Shown here in pieces: positions 21,753 through 64,000 of a DNA stretch of 64,000 nt. Below the pieces are notes generated by a model. The model did no database searches. It was not told the DNA's origin and saw only the letters and a list, made by a program, of their open reading frames with translations. This stretch comes from Antedon mediterranea. Its lineage: Eukaryota > Animalia > Echinodermata. The translations under genes were made by a program, and so were the position numbers. Within the stretch, counting starts at the first letter, position 1. Every line of letters begins with the position of its first letter. Location: assembly GCF_964355755.1 (NCBI RefSeq), contig NC_092674.1, positions 15,748,001 through 15,812,000 on the forward strand, in the 5' to 3' direction.

Positions 21753-23944
21753 CCGATAGACCTTGGATCACTCCATACATTAAAAAACTTATCAGGTATA
21801 GACAAACTGCTTTTAGGAAGAAAAAACATGAACGTTACAAAACACTTAGAAATAAGGTAATATGGGAAGTAAAGAAAGCTAAGGAGAAGTACTATCGTTA
21901 TAAAGTAAAAATGCTTGAGGTGAGCAATCCCCGAAAATGGTACGACAAAGTGAAGCAGATTTGTGGTAAACGTAAAGACAAACCAAGAATTACATTTGAT
22001 AATCCTTTACCGATCCCAGATTCCGTTGCCTCTAAACAAATTAATGAACACCTCGCAAAAATTTGTCGTGAACTGGATCCTCTCAAACTTGACGAATTAC
22101 CTACATACCTCCCAGCTGAGAGTCCACCGCCACAAATTTTATGCTTTGAAGTTAAACAACAATTATTAAAAGTGCAGATTAATAAATCAGTTCCACCTGG
22201 AGAAATTCCACCAGTTATCATCAAAGAATTTGCACCCGAAATAGCAGAACCCCTAACGCATATATTTAATTCTTCTTTGAAAGAAGGTATTGTACCCAAA
22301 GCTTGGAAACAAGCTACCGTTATACCGATACCAAAGAAAAAAGGTACAGTCAGTATAGAACAGATTAGACCGATCTCGCTTACGCCACTGTTTATCCGAA
22401 TCTTTGAACATTTTCTAACTAAATGGTTAAATGAAGACCTATCTACCATTATAGATAAACAGCAGTTTGGTAATGTCAAAGGTATCAGCACGAGTCATTA
22501 CCTTATTGGACTCTTACACTACCTTCTTTCTGGACTGGAAAAACCTGGTCACAAAGCACGAATTCTTGCTGTAGATTTCAGCAAAGCTTTCGACCGTATT
22601 AGTCACCAGGTACTAATCAGTAAGATGATATCAATTGGTGTCAGGAAATCTATCATCCCGTGGTTCTGTAGCTTCCTAACTTGTAGAGAACAAAGAGTGC
22701 TCTATGGTAGCGCTATTTCCAGTTGGACATCTATATTTTGCGGTGTTCCGCAAGGAACGAAATCTGGCCCAAGCCTTTTTCAAGTAATGGTCATTGACTC
22801 GGCATCAGATTGCATTACAAGGTGGAAATTTGTCGACGATCTAACCTTCGCTGATATCTCAAAAAATAACTGTCAGGACTCTATTCAATCGTACTTTAGT
22901 AATTTAGAGGAATGGTGTAAAATAAATAAAATGTCCCTTAACCCTAATAAGTGTAAATCAGTGGAGATTAACTTTTGCAAAACTCCTGGTTACTATGATT
23001 TACTGACTAATAATGGAGTCCAAGTTGAGACTGTTAAGCAATTGAAGCTTTTAGGTGTAACTATCCAAGATAACCTTAAGTGGGATACACACATTGGTGA
23101 GATCGTTAGCAAGGCCAATAAAGCCATGCATATTGTGTCGGTACTTAAAAGGTTTGGTGCACCAGAAGATCAGTTAATTAAGATTTATAAATCTTTCATA
23201 CGCCCCATAATTGAATATGCTTGTCCAACCTGGCACTCCTCCCTGACTTCCGAATTAAGCTTTGACCTGTAATCGGTCCAGAAGAGGTTTTTAAGAATTT
23301 TACTAGGGAGGAGGTACTATTCGTACACTGCAGCCCTAAAGAAATTTTCTCTTGATAGGCTCTGTGACCGTCGTCTCCAGCTTGTTCTGAAGTTTGGGAG
23401 GAGTGTCCATGAAAAATTTAGTAATATTATCCCCAATACCCGTGCTGAAGCGACAGGTAGATCTCTCAGAAACGCAAACAAAATATCCCAAATTAAATGT
23501 AGAACAGAAAGATTTAAGAAATCCACACTCCCATTCCTGATTAACAATGACCTTATAGTGCAATAATATATATATATGAAATTCTTAATTTTGATAGGCC
23601 TACGGATAATTAATAATTTTACTCGCAGTTTTTAAATTTGTAATTGTATATTCTTTATTTTTTTTTTTATGAATTTATGTGTATATATATATTTTTATAT
23701 TAGATAGTTGTGTAATTTTGCTCGTTTTTGATATATATCTTTGTAAATTTGTAATTGTATATTCTTTCTTTTTTTTTTAATGCATTTTGTATATATATAT
23801 ATATATATTTATATTGGATGTTTGTGTAAATCTTGCTCGTTTTTGATATATTTTTAATGTTTATGTTACTGGACGCAATTCAGTTTTGTACTGCCATGTC
23901 TTTGTTTTTAAAAAACCAGAATAAATAAATAAATAAATAAACAA
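21753..23944 (+). mobile_element. 5'-truncated LINE (CR1/L2 group) with a near-intact RT ORF and one nonsense codon
   Basis: WKQATVIPIPKK, RPISLT, QFG, DFSKAFD, GVPQG, KFVDD. TAA at 23270-23272 is followed in frame by SVQKRFLRILL. (AATA)n tail 23920-23940. Candidate TSD CATTCTA at 21746-21752 and 23945-23951. Confidence 0.92.
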
Positions 23945-24235
23945 CATTCTATTGTTCTGAAGGTAAAGGTCTTTCAAGATGAAAAGATAGAATTCGGTCG
24001 ATGCCAAGCTCGACCAATTTTTATCATGCAGAGCATGTATAAAGGGTGTTTACAGGGTAAGACGCACAATTTTTTGGAGTACCATTACTATTTTTCGAGT
24101 ACAATATTTTCAAAAGATTAATACTGTACCAACATGAGTCAACCTTATTATATTGCAGGGAATGAGAGTAGAAATGGCGAAAAAACAATCTGGACCTAAC
24201 TTAAACTCCATCCCATCCTTCCCCCTCTTTCCTTT

Positions 24236-24325
24236 CCACCCGCTCCTACACTTCCCTCTCCACCCGCTCCTACACTTCCCTCTCCACCCGCTCCTACACT
24301 TCCCTCTCCACCCGCTCCTACTCTA
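24236..24325. repeat. 24-bp tandem repeat CCACCCGCTCCTACACTTCCCTCT (~4 copies; PPAPTLPS in one frame)
   Basis: Direct reading; lies within the Pro-rich candidate exon. Confidence 0.85.
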
Positions 24326-24711
24326 CCCCATCCATCCTCTCCTGCTTTCCCTCCTCCAGCCTCTCCCACTTTCCTTCCTTCCTCCTCTCCCACTCTGCCT
24401 CCTCAACCCCCTCCCACTCTCCCACTTCTTTCTCCTGCACCCCATTACTCATTTTCACCTAATAATTCTCCATCTAAACAAGCTTCAACCAGTGAAAATG
24501 GTATATTATTATTATCATTATTCTAATTAACGGATTTACATAGATTTGTCTAGGTCTAAACTCATTGAGTTTAAAAAATGGTTGGCCATTGTTAATAGAG
24601 GTAAAATTGCTGTGCAGAATATAAATAGCAACAATTATCATCAACATTATTATCATAGTCCTCATAATCATCATTATCACCATTATATATATATTATATA
24701 TATTATAATTA

Positions 24712-26268
24712 AATAAAATAACAGCAGAAAACTTGGTTACTTCATTGTTTTAATCACTACAAATTTGTTTCGTACGACCAGCATGTAGCTGGCCGCACTC
24801 TTCAGGTGAAATATAAAACATAAGTGACACAGTTGTCTCATAGTGCTTAATAGAAGTGAGTCATCCGGAAGTCGTATACAATAGCCTATTGTTTTAGATA
24901 AACTATTTGGATCTGCAATTTAGTAAGAATTTTTTCCTATGTCTACAAGTAGAGACTAAATCGTTCTTACGGTTCAGTGAGCATAGCTCTGGTTGACATT
25001 ATAATAATATACTTTTCATATATACATAAATTACATCTTTTGTTAATATTTGAGTAAGGTTTGCATTTCTTTATAATTTTCCATTTAATTGAGTAATTTG
25101 TTTTAGAGTCTTTTTAAAGACTCTAAAACAAATTAGTCAATTAAATGGACACTTAAAAGTGTCCATATATATTTACTGAGTTCCGTCGCGTTTCTTAGTT
25201 TTTCGTTCCGGAATGAAGACGTATGGTTTCTGTATCTGGTTTTAAACTGGTTTTCAGTTAGTCCGACATATGTTTCTTCTTTTGATGAATCTTCTCTCTT
25301 TACTGTAGCTTGGTAAACTACACCTTTTGTTAGGCAGTTACCTGGGAGCGGGCATTCATTGGGATTGCGGCAGTTACATCCGCTTGTTTTCGCGTTGGTT
25401 TCAGTAGACTTTTCTTTGGCTATCACATATTTGTTGTGTGCGTTAATTACTTTTTCTACGCTGGGCATGCAACTGTAGCTTAGTTTCAAGGTATTTCTGT
25501 TAAATATTTTTCTGATCTTGTTGCCGGCAGGAAAACAATCTTCTACTATAGCTAAAAACTTGTGGCCGATGTTGGTTGCTACGTTTTTGCTGAATGGTGG
25601 GTTAAACCAAATTATGTTTCTGGTACGTGATTTTTTGGGCTTCTGCTGTTCAGCATTGAACTCAAGTTGATGATTGTATCCGCTTTCTTTGAGGGCTTCC
25701 TGTTATAGGGGTGCAGATGCATGAAATGTATCTTTGTCTGATGAGATGTCAGAAAGGCGTCTATTTATAGCAAGTGGGATGTTGCGGATAATAGATGGAG
25801 GATGGTTGCTGTCATAGTGCACGTAGGTTGGTTTGTTATTAGGCTTAGTGAAAGGTCGGAAGATCCCTGTCCTTAGGTCGAACGTTACATCCAAATAATT
25901 GACTATTTTCTTGTTAGCATCAATTGTTAGCTTGAGGTTGTTCTCCTGGAACACCTTACAAATATCTTTCTTGATTAGCTCAATCGTTTTGGCTGATTCG
26001 CGAAACGCAGCTAGGCCATCGTCGCGGTATAGACGAATTTGGTTGCCATATTTGTTAGACAGTTGCGACAAAAGATATGTACCTACGATTTCACAGGTTT
26101 CAGCACCGTCAAAGCTTCCCATTGTGACGTTAAACACAGGTTGGTTTTCAGTTCCTTTTTTGCACCATGTAGCGTTATCATGGAAAAGGAGTGACTTTTT
26201 CGCTTGGATAATAATATTTGTTTCTTCATCGGAGATTGCTTCAAACTCGGAGGCGAATTCAAGGGCTT
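24712..26268 (-). mobile_element. 5'-truncated Penelope-like retroelement (RT + C-terminal GIY-YIG), inactivated
   Basis: [68 protein letters not shown]. Nonsense TAA at 25705-25703 between in-frame segments; hammerhead in the 3' region. Confidence 0.93.
24746..24820 (-). ncRNA. Type I hammerhead ribozyme in the Penelope-like 3' region
   Basis: Minus strand: TCAC-CTGAAGA-GTGCGGCCAGC-TACAT-GCTGGTCGTAC-GAA-ACAAATTTGT-A-GTGA. All core nucleotides present; 11-bp stem II; palindromic stem III; GUA cleavage triplet. Confidence 0.88.
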
Positions 26269-28599
26269 TATATTATAATTATATATTATACAGTACAATT
26301 TTGTTCACTTTCATCATTTCTTTTCCATTTTTTACAGTACAAGTTGATGGCGAGGACGATATAAGACATGTAGTCAATTTGTATTACCGTACTGTACACA
26401 AATCTAAACATGGCTGTTATTTGTTGTACTTTACAGAAATTACATTTTTAGGAGGACACGCCAAACATTGTGTCTATGTTCCTAAAATAAATTACGCAAA
26501 TGCGAGATGTTTGCAAGTAACGTGGACAAGCTAGCGCTATCTATTTTAGAGCTGATCATTAACAAAAAAAAGACTGCGACAACCACCTGACGATCTACGG
26601 CCATGGAAAGAGGAAACCTGAATTGGGCGAAAATAGGAGGAGAGCGTTAAGAAGTAAGAAGTACGTCTTATCAGTGTGTAGATTTTCAATAATCAAATTG
26701 TCGTCTTCTTCACATTTGTATAAAAGTACATAATTATAATATAAAACAAATAACTGGGTAATCCCAGGACAGCAAATAAGTCGCATTCTTTCTGTTTAGA
26801 ACTTAATTTGTTTTAAAGATAAACTCCCAATATGCTTGAAAATTAAAATAGGATATTTTATCCAGGACTATGTTAAATCAGAGCGATGTGGTGGCTGTTT
26901 CGATACTGTGTGTTATGGAGGCGACTATTGAAATGGATCTTCTATATCCCCCATATAAAATAACATGTGGTGGTATACAGAAATGCGTGTGCATTCATCA
27001 GCTGGGAAACCATATTGATACCTCAACACTGAACACAATTAAAAATGTGAATTGGATTAAAATAACACAAACCCATGAAATATAATATCGAACGTATAAC
27101 ATGACTTTTCATAAAACAACATTATTCAAAAATGTATTAGTATTAAAAACATGATTAGGGGCCTAAAGAAACTTTTTCAGCAATATTTAAAAACTGAAAT
27201 AGTGTTAATGTTAACAGATACTAATTACTAATACTATTAAAATTATGTTTGTATTATTAAACGTAAAAGTAAATGCAATGAAAAATACTTATTTTGCAAC
27301 AAATAACATTTCGAAATAGATAAAGTCACAAAAGAGAGAGAAAACTTAAGTTCAAAAGAATTACCATGCATAAAGAAATAACAAGAAATATAACAACAAT
27401 ACTAGGTTTATTTATAAACTTTCTTCCAGGTCACATCTTTGGTATCTATCCAGAGAAAGACGAGCTGGAGCAAACGGTGTGGGATACGATTGTTAAACGA
27501 CTTAATGATAAAATCAGGGCCATACGCAACAACAAGTACAACATAAAAAGTACCCATTCTCCATTAAAATAAAGTTGATTTAATTTCGCTTTCTTATCTT
27601 ATTTGTTTAAAGTTGCGTTTTTGATCACATCATCGCAGATCTTCAGTTGTACCGAAAGATCTATATATAAATTTACGTAAGGGCAAAATCTCGGTACTGA
27701 TTTTAACCACCTTATGTAACTCTGTTTACTAATTAAATTTAAGTAGATTATTAGTTATTGACAATTAAAAGAAATTTAGGTTCAACGATTTTCCCCAATT
27801 AGGGGTGTTTTCCGATTGTAGTATACACTGTCTAATGGATGTCCTCTTGAAAAAATACCTGCACACAATAATACGAGGATGTTTCGCATTTTCCTATCTC
27901 CTCCTACGATAATTGTTTTTAATAGCTGAAAACCGATTGAACAGCTCGAGTACAGTATCATAATGTTGAAGACAGGCCGATTTTCTTTAAAAAATACTAT
28001 TTTGATAGATTTAATATACGTTTATACAATTATATTGATTTGCGATGAATGGAACATTCCAATCTCTCAGACTCTTAGTTTGTTGGTAAATTTATGAGCC
28101 CTTGGTTTAACACAAGTTGGTAAATTTATGGGCTCTTGGAGAATAAACTTAAAACTCAGATATATAGTATTGCAATATTGTAAATACGTATTAACCATTT
28201 TTGGTAGCCATTTGAATCGAAACTTTCTTACTGTGAATTAATGTGGTTACTGTTAGATATATAAACAAATATATAAAGAACATTTATTACTGTGACTGTG
28301 GGTAGGCTCTACTGCTGGATATATAAACACATAATATACAAATAAAAACTGACAGTTGCTTCTCAACGTTTGTATTAATTAATAATTATAAAAAATATAA
28401 ACGTCGTAGTGGTGTCGTTACATGTACTTTACTATTTCAATCGATATTTATAACAGGGACAGTTTAAAAAAAGTATTAAATCGTAAATGTTTTACTGTGT
28501 AAACTTAAAATCCAGTAAATTCTCGAGGACGATGATATTGACTGTGTCATTTTCGTGTGGAAACACTCGCGTTAGGCGATAAATAAACAAAAGTAATCT

Positions 28600-29190
28600 A
28601 CCGAGACTTGAACTCGCAAAGATTAGTCCACATCGTGGTCTAACATGGAAAACTAAAATTAAAGAAATCGAGAACAAAACTTCCAAGAGCCTCGGTGTCA
28701 TTTTTAGATTTCTTCGTTCATTCTCCCGAATGTCATTCCTATTACTTACTGTTCTTTAATTTTTCCCTATCTTGTATGGGCAAATACTTACCCATCCAAT
28801 CTCATCAAACTTCACATTATACAAAAAAGGCTATTCGCATTATATCTGGCGTTCCACCCCGGTCTTATTCGTCTCATTTGTTTTCTAACTTGAATTTCCT
28901 TAATATTTTTGACATTAATATTTTTCAACAATTTATATTCGTGTACTCACATCAACAAATTTCCTTCTTCCTGTGTAATTTGTTGATCCCAAATTCTGTT
29001 CGTCACTCGTAATGTACAAGAAACCAATCTAAGATCCATATACCGAAACATCGCACTTATTATTTTCAACATAACATTTTCCGGCTCCAATCTATGGAAT
29101 AAGTTATCTTCTGTCATCGGCAACTCTATTTAAAAAAAAAACCGTTTTCTTCCAAACTCAAGAAGTACCTTATTGCAAAGTATTAGTCTC
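28600..29190 (+). mobile_element. Degenerate LINE 3' fragment (Crack/CR1-like)
   Basis: LTWKTKIKEIENKTSKSLGVIFR and KKAIRIISGVPPRSYSSHLFSNLNFLNIFDI, across frameshifts. Confidence 0.7.
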
Positions 29191-29689
29191 TCTTATTTAT
29201 TCTTTCAATTATATACGAGTATCACTTTTCAGTCCTTGGTCCTTTTGCTGTCTTGTAATGTCCCTGTTCATACGTCCTGTATTTAACATTTAATTTTAGT
29301 CCTTACTACTTTTGTCTGTAAATAGGCTGGCCCGCCACAAGATTTTAATAAACAAAACTTTAATTATAGGAATATCGATTGGGTTAGAATGGAGAAGAGC
29401 TTTTTTGGTTTCATCACTGTGTAGAAGCGGTAGCGACCTACCAAGTACATTCGATTTAATGTTTACACGAGAAGAATGTTGCGTTGATGCGATTATATAA
29501 TATGGTCCTCCTCTAGGCAATAGGCAAGAGCGATCATGCAGTTTTGTCATTTAGAATATATGGATATCCTATAGTGGAAAAACCAGAAACTTTTATAAAG
29601 GGATGAGAAAATATTTAATTGACGCGAATTTAGTTAAGAACTGTAACGTGCTTCTCATGCATCTTCGTACCTCTCCGAAAGGCTAAAAG

Positions 29690-30600
29690 AATGCATAAAT
29701 AAGTTTGTACCCCTTCGGTCTGTTTATCATAAGAAAGCCACTAATAAGCTATGGTTTAATAAAGAAGTAGAAAATATAATGAAAGTTAAACACAAAGCAT
29801 GGAATAAGTATAAGTATGTAAAAACCACAGAAATTGCAATAGCTTTGTTTAGCTAGAAATCAAGTAACCAATGAAGTCAGCAAGGCAAGAGCTTCATTAG
29901 AGAAAAAAATTGCGTCTGATGTTAAAATAAATCCAAAATCCTTTTGGCGTTATGTAAATAGTCAGCGAAAATATAAGCCTTTTATTCCAGACTTAAAAGA
30001 TGATAAGGGTAATTTTGTGTCGTCAAAAATAAATAAAGCTGAATTATTTAATGAATCGTTTATTGGAGTTTTTACAGTGGAGAATTTTGAGGAGTTTCCT
30101 GAAATGGCTGATAAACCAGATATAATTCCGGTCAATGATATGAAGTTTTTAACGTCTGATATAACTAAATATTTAAGTGGTTTAGCCAGGTCCGGATGAG
30201 ATACATTCAAGGATTTTAAAATAAAATTCAGATATTATGAGTGAAGCATTCGCAGTTATTTTAAATAAAATAATGAGTGTATGTAGGCTAAACATACTTG
30301 ATCTTTCTACGTTAGCTTATAGAAGAAAGAGAGCGTCTCTGATCCAAGTATTTAGAATACTGAAAGGATTGGATAAATTGGACAACTATCCATTATACTA
30401 GAGGTAATTCTTTCAAACTATCAAAGCCGCGGGTTAAAACTAAATGGGGATCAAATAATTTTGGAGCAAGGGTAGTTAACGATTGGAACGCTTGGCCGAG
30501 TGTTGTTGTAGAGTCAAAGTCATTGAATCAGTTTAAGTCTAATTTGAAAGAACACTGGAAAAACCACCACCAGAAGTTTTAGTCGTATGTAAGAGATGTC
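29690..30600 (+). mobile_element. Degenerate CR1-type LINE, RT core deleted
   Basis: KIASDVKINPKSFWRYVNS, KAELFNESFIGVFTVE, PDEIH; then RRKRASLIQVFRILKG, TRGNSFKL, RVVNDWN. Confidence 0.75.
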
Positions 30601-32042
30601 GAATTCCAGAGAGGCGAATAAGCAATTTGCTTTAGCCTTAATTTCAAGGTAATTTCAATATTTCTCTCTTCTTTGGCACTGCCTACTTCCTTTTATTGAT
30701 AACTTTATACTTTTTAATCATAATAATATTAATTTATCATTCTTGACTCGTTATATATTTTACTTGAATTTATTATGTTTACCTCATTTTCTTGAAGGAA
30801 GAAATAAATGTTGAATTGAATCAAATAAAAATTTTTGTGGTCCCATATCCTGCAGATGAACAACGTCTTCAGTCTCCAGTATTACTAAAACCAGCTCTAC
30901 AAACCTCTACAAACAGTGACAAAGTTTGTAAACAAAAGTTTGCTAATGTTAATGTAAAATATGGAGGAATAATCTCTGAATTTCGGCCTACTGGCCTGAA
31001 TTGCACACATATGTGGACGACACAATTTTCCTTTTTTTCCGAATCGAGTGCTGCCACCACCATTTGTCTGTTCATTACAGGGGCTGAGATGTACCGGAGT
31101 AGGGCCCTACTCCTCCAGTACTCTTCCAAAAGATGAACTCGGTTCTTTAAAGTGCATACGAGCCCGATTGTGTAACTATGGTTTTTCTCGACCACTGAAC
31201 TATGTTTAGTAATGGAAGTAAGTGTGGAAAACTTAAATAATTTGAATTTACTTATTAGTCCTGGGTTGAGTATGATAAACTTCATTTAAAGAATGTACTC
31301 ATACTCAAATTCTCAGAGATAAAACAATATTTTGTTTGCACATAAATGATGAAAAATACAATATCTTACTTTGGTAGTTATTAGATACATTCATTACAAA
31401 CAATATTACCCCATGTTACATAGCCACAATAACAACGATGACAAGTTAACACTTTCATTTTTAGGAGGGAACTTAGCCACATGCCAACACTTTATATTAT
31501 GATAAATGATACTTTTATTTACTTATAATTTTAGAGTCATAAAAAAGCTATACTTAGCTATATTTAAAATAATAAATATTAATAATGGAAATAGTACTTT
31601 AATTACTCTGTGTAATGCATTGTTTAATATTTTCAAATAAAAATTGCTAAATTCAGTAAAATTTCTCTACATGATTGCATAACATTAAAATTGAATACCT
31701 TGTTATTTATCTGCACCAGTAGTCCTGATTTAAGTGTTTAATATATACAATTATTTATATTTTCATTATGTTTTTATAAACTATATGTTAACAATATTTA
31801 TTAAACCTCTTAATCACATTATGAACACTTTTATGTTTGTATTGTATGGAGTGAGTGCAGAATCTGTTTGGGCTTTAGCCTATTCTCATTCCTGGTTATT
31901 TTTTACATTGATGACCGAATAAATATTATTATATTATTATTAATAAGCAAGAAATAAAACTTTTATACATTCATAATGATGTTTTACATATTGCTATTTT
32001 TTCAATGTCACAATGCAGGTTCAAATGATTTAAACAATTATC

Positions 32043-63993
<31,951 letters not shown>

Positions 63994-64000
63994 CTGTAAT

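Larger units (their letters stand above)
23963..27572 (+). pseudogene. Spliced BEN-domain gene remnant (coiled-coil-like + Pro-rich + BEN)
   Basis: Candidate exons ~23963-24056, 24159-24500, ~26338-26369, 26437-26653, 27430-27572. With two -1 frameshifts corrected: KLALSILELII..LTIYGHGKRKPELGENRRRALR|SHIFGIYPEKDELEQTVWDTIVKRLNDKIRAIR. Last intron GT-AG and phase-consistent; AATAAA overlaps the stop. Confidence 0.6.

Noticed and set aside
21898-22491. 197-aa minus-strand ORF (likewise 45380-45562 and most of 25899-26534)
   Set aside because: Antisense shadow of a reverse-transcriptase ORF.

Overview
AT-rich, intron-containing animal genomic DNA. The U1 sequence, a Deu-domain SINE and the repeat content suggest an invertebrate deuterostome, probably an echinoderm (inference). 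Left end (1-5352): the edge of a ~1.86-kb tandem macrosatellite. Each unit carries a U1 snRNA gene (+) head-to-head with an unannotated two-exon gene (-) whose consensus encodes a 184-aa protein with a very divergent forkhead-like winged helix and a C-terminal eh1-like motif (FSIAKLL). Next is a complete 8-exon UBAC2 gene (+, 8399-15051). A transposon-rich interval (16-31 kb) follows, with LINE fragments, a Penelope-like element ending in a type I hammerhead ribozyme, and a broken spliced BEN-domain gene. The right half holds the last 17 coding exons of an ABCC5-like transporter (-, 32043 to beyond 64000), whose introns carry MITEs, SINEs, LINEs and minisatellites. All calls were made by eye; no database searches were run.
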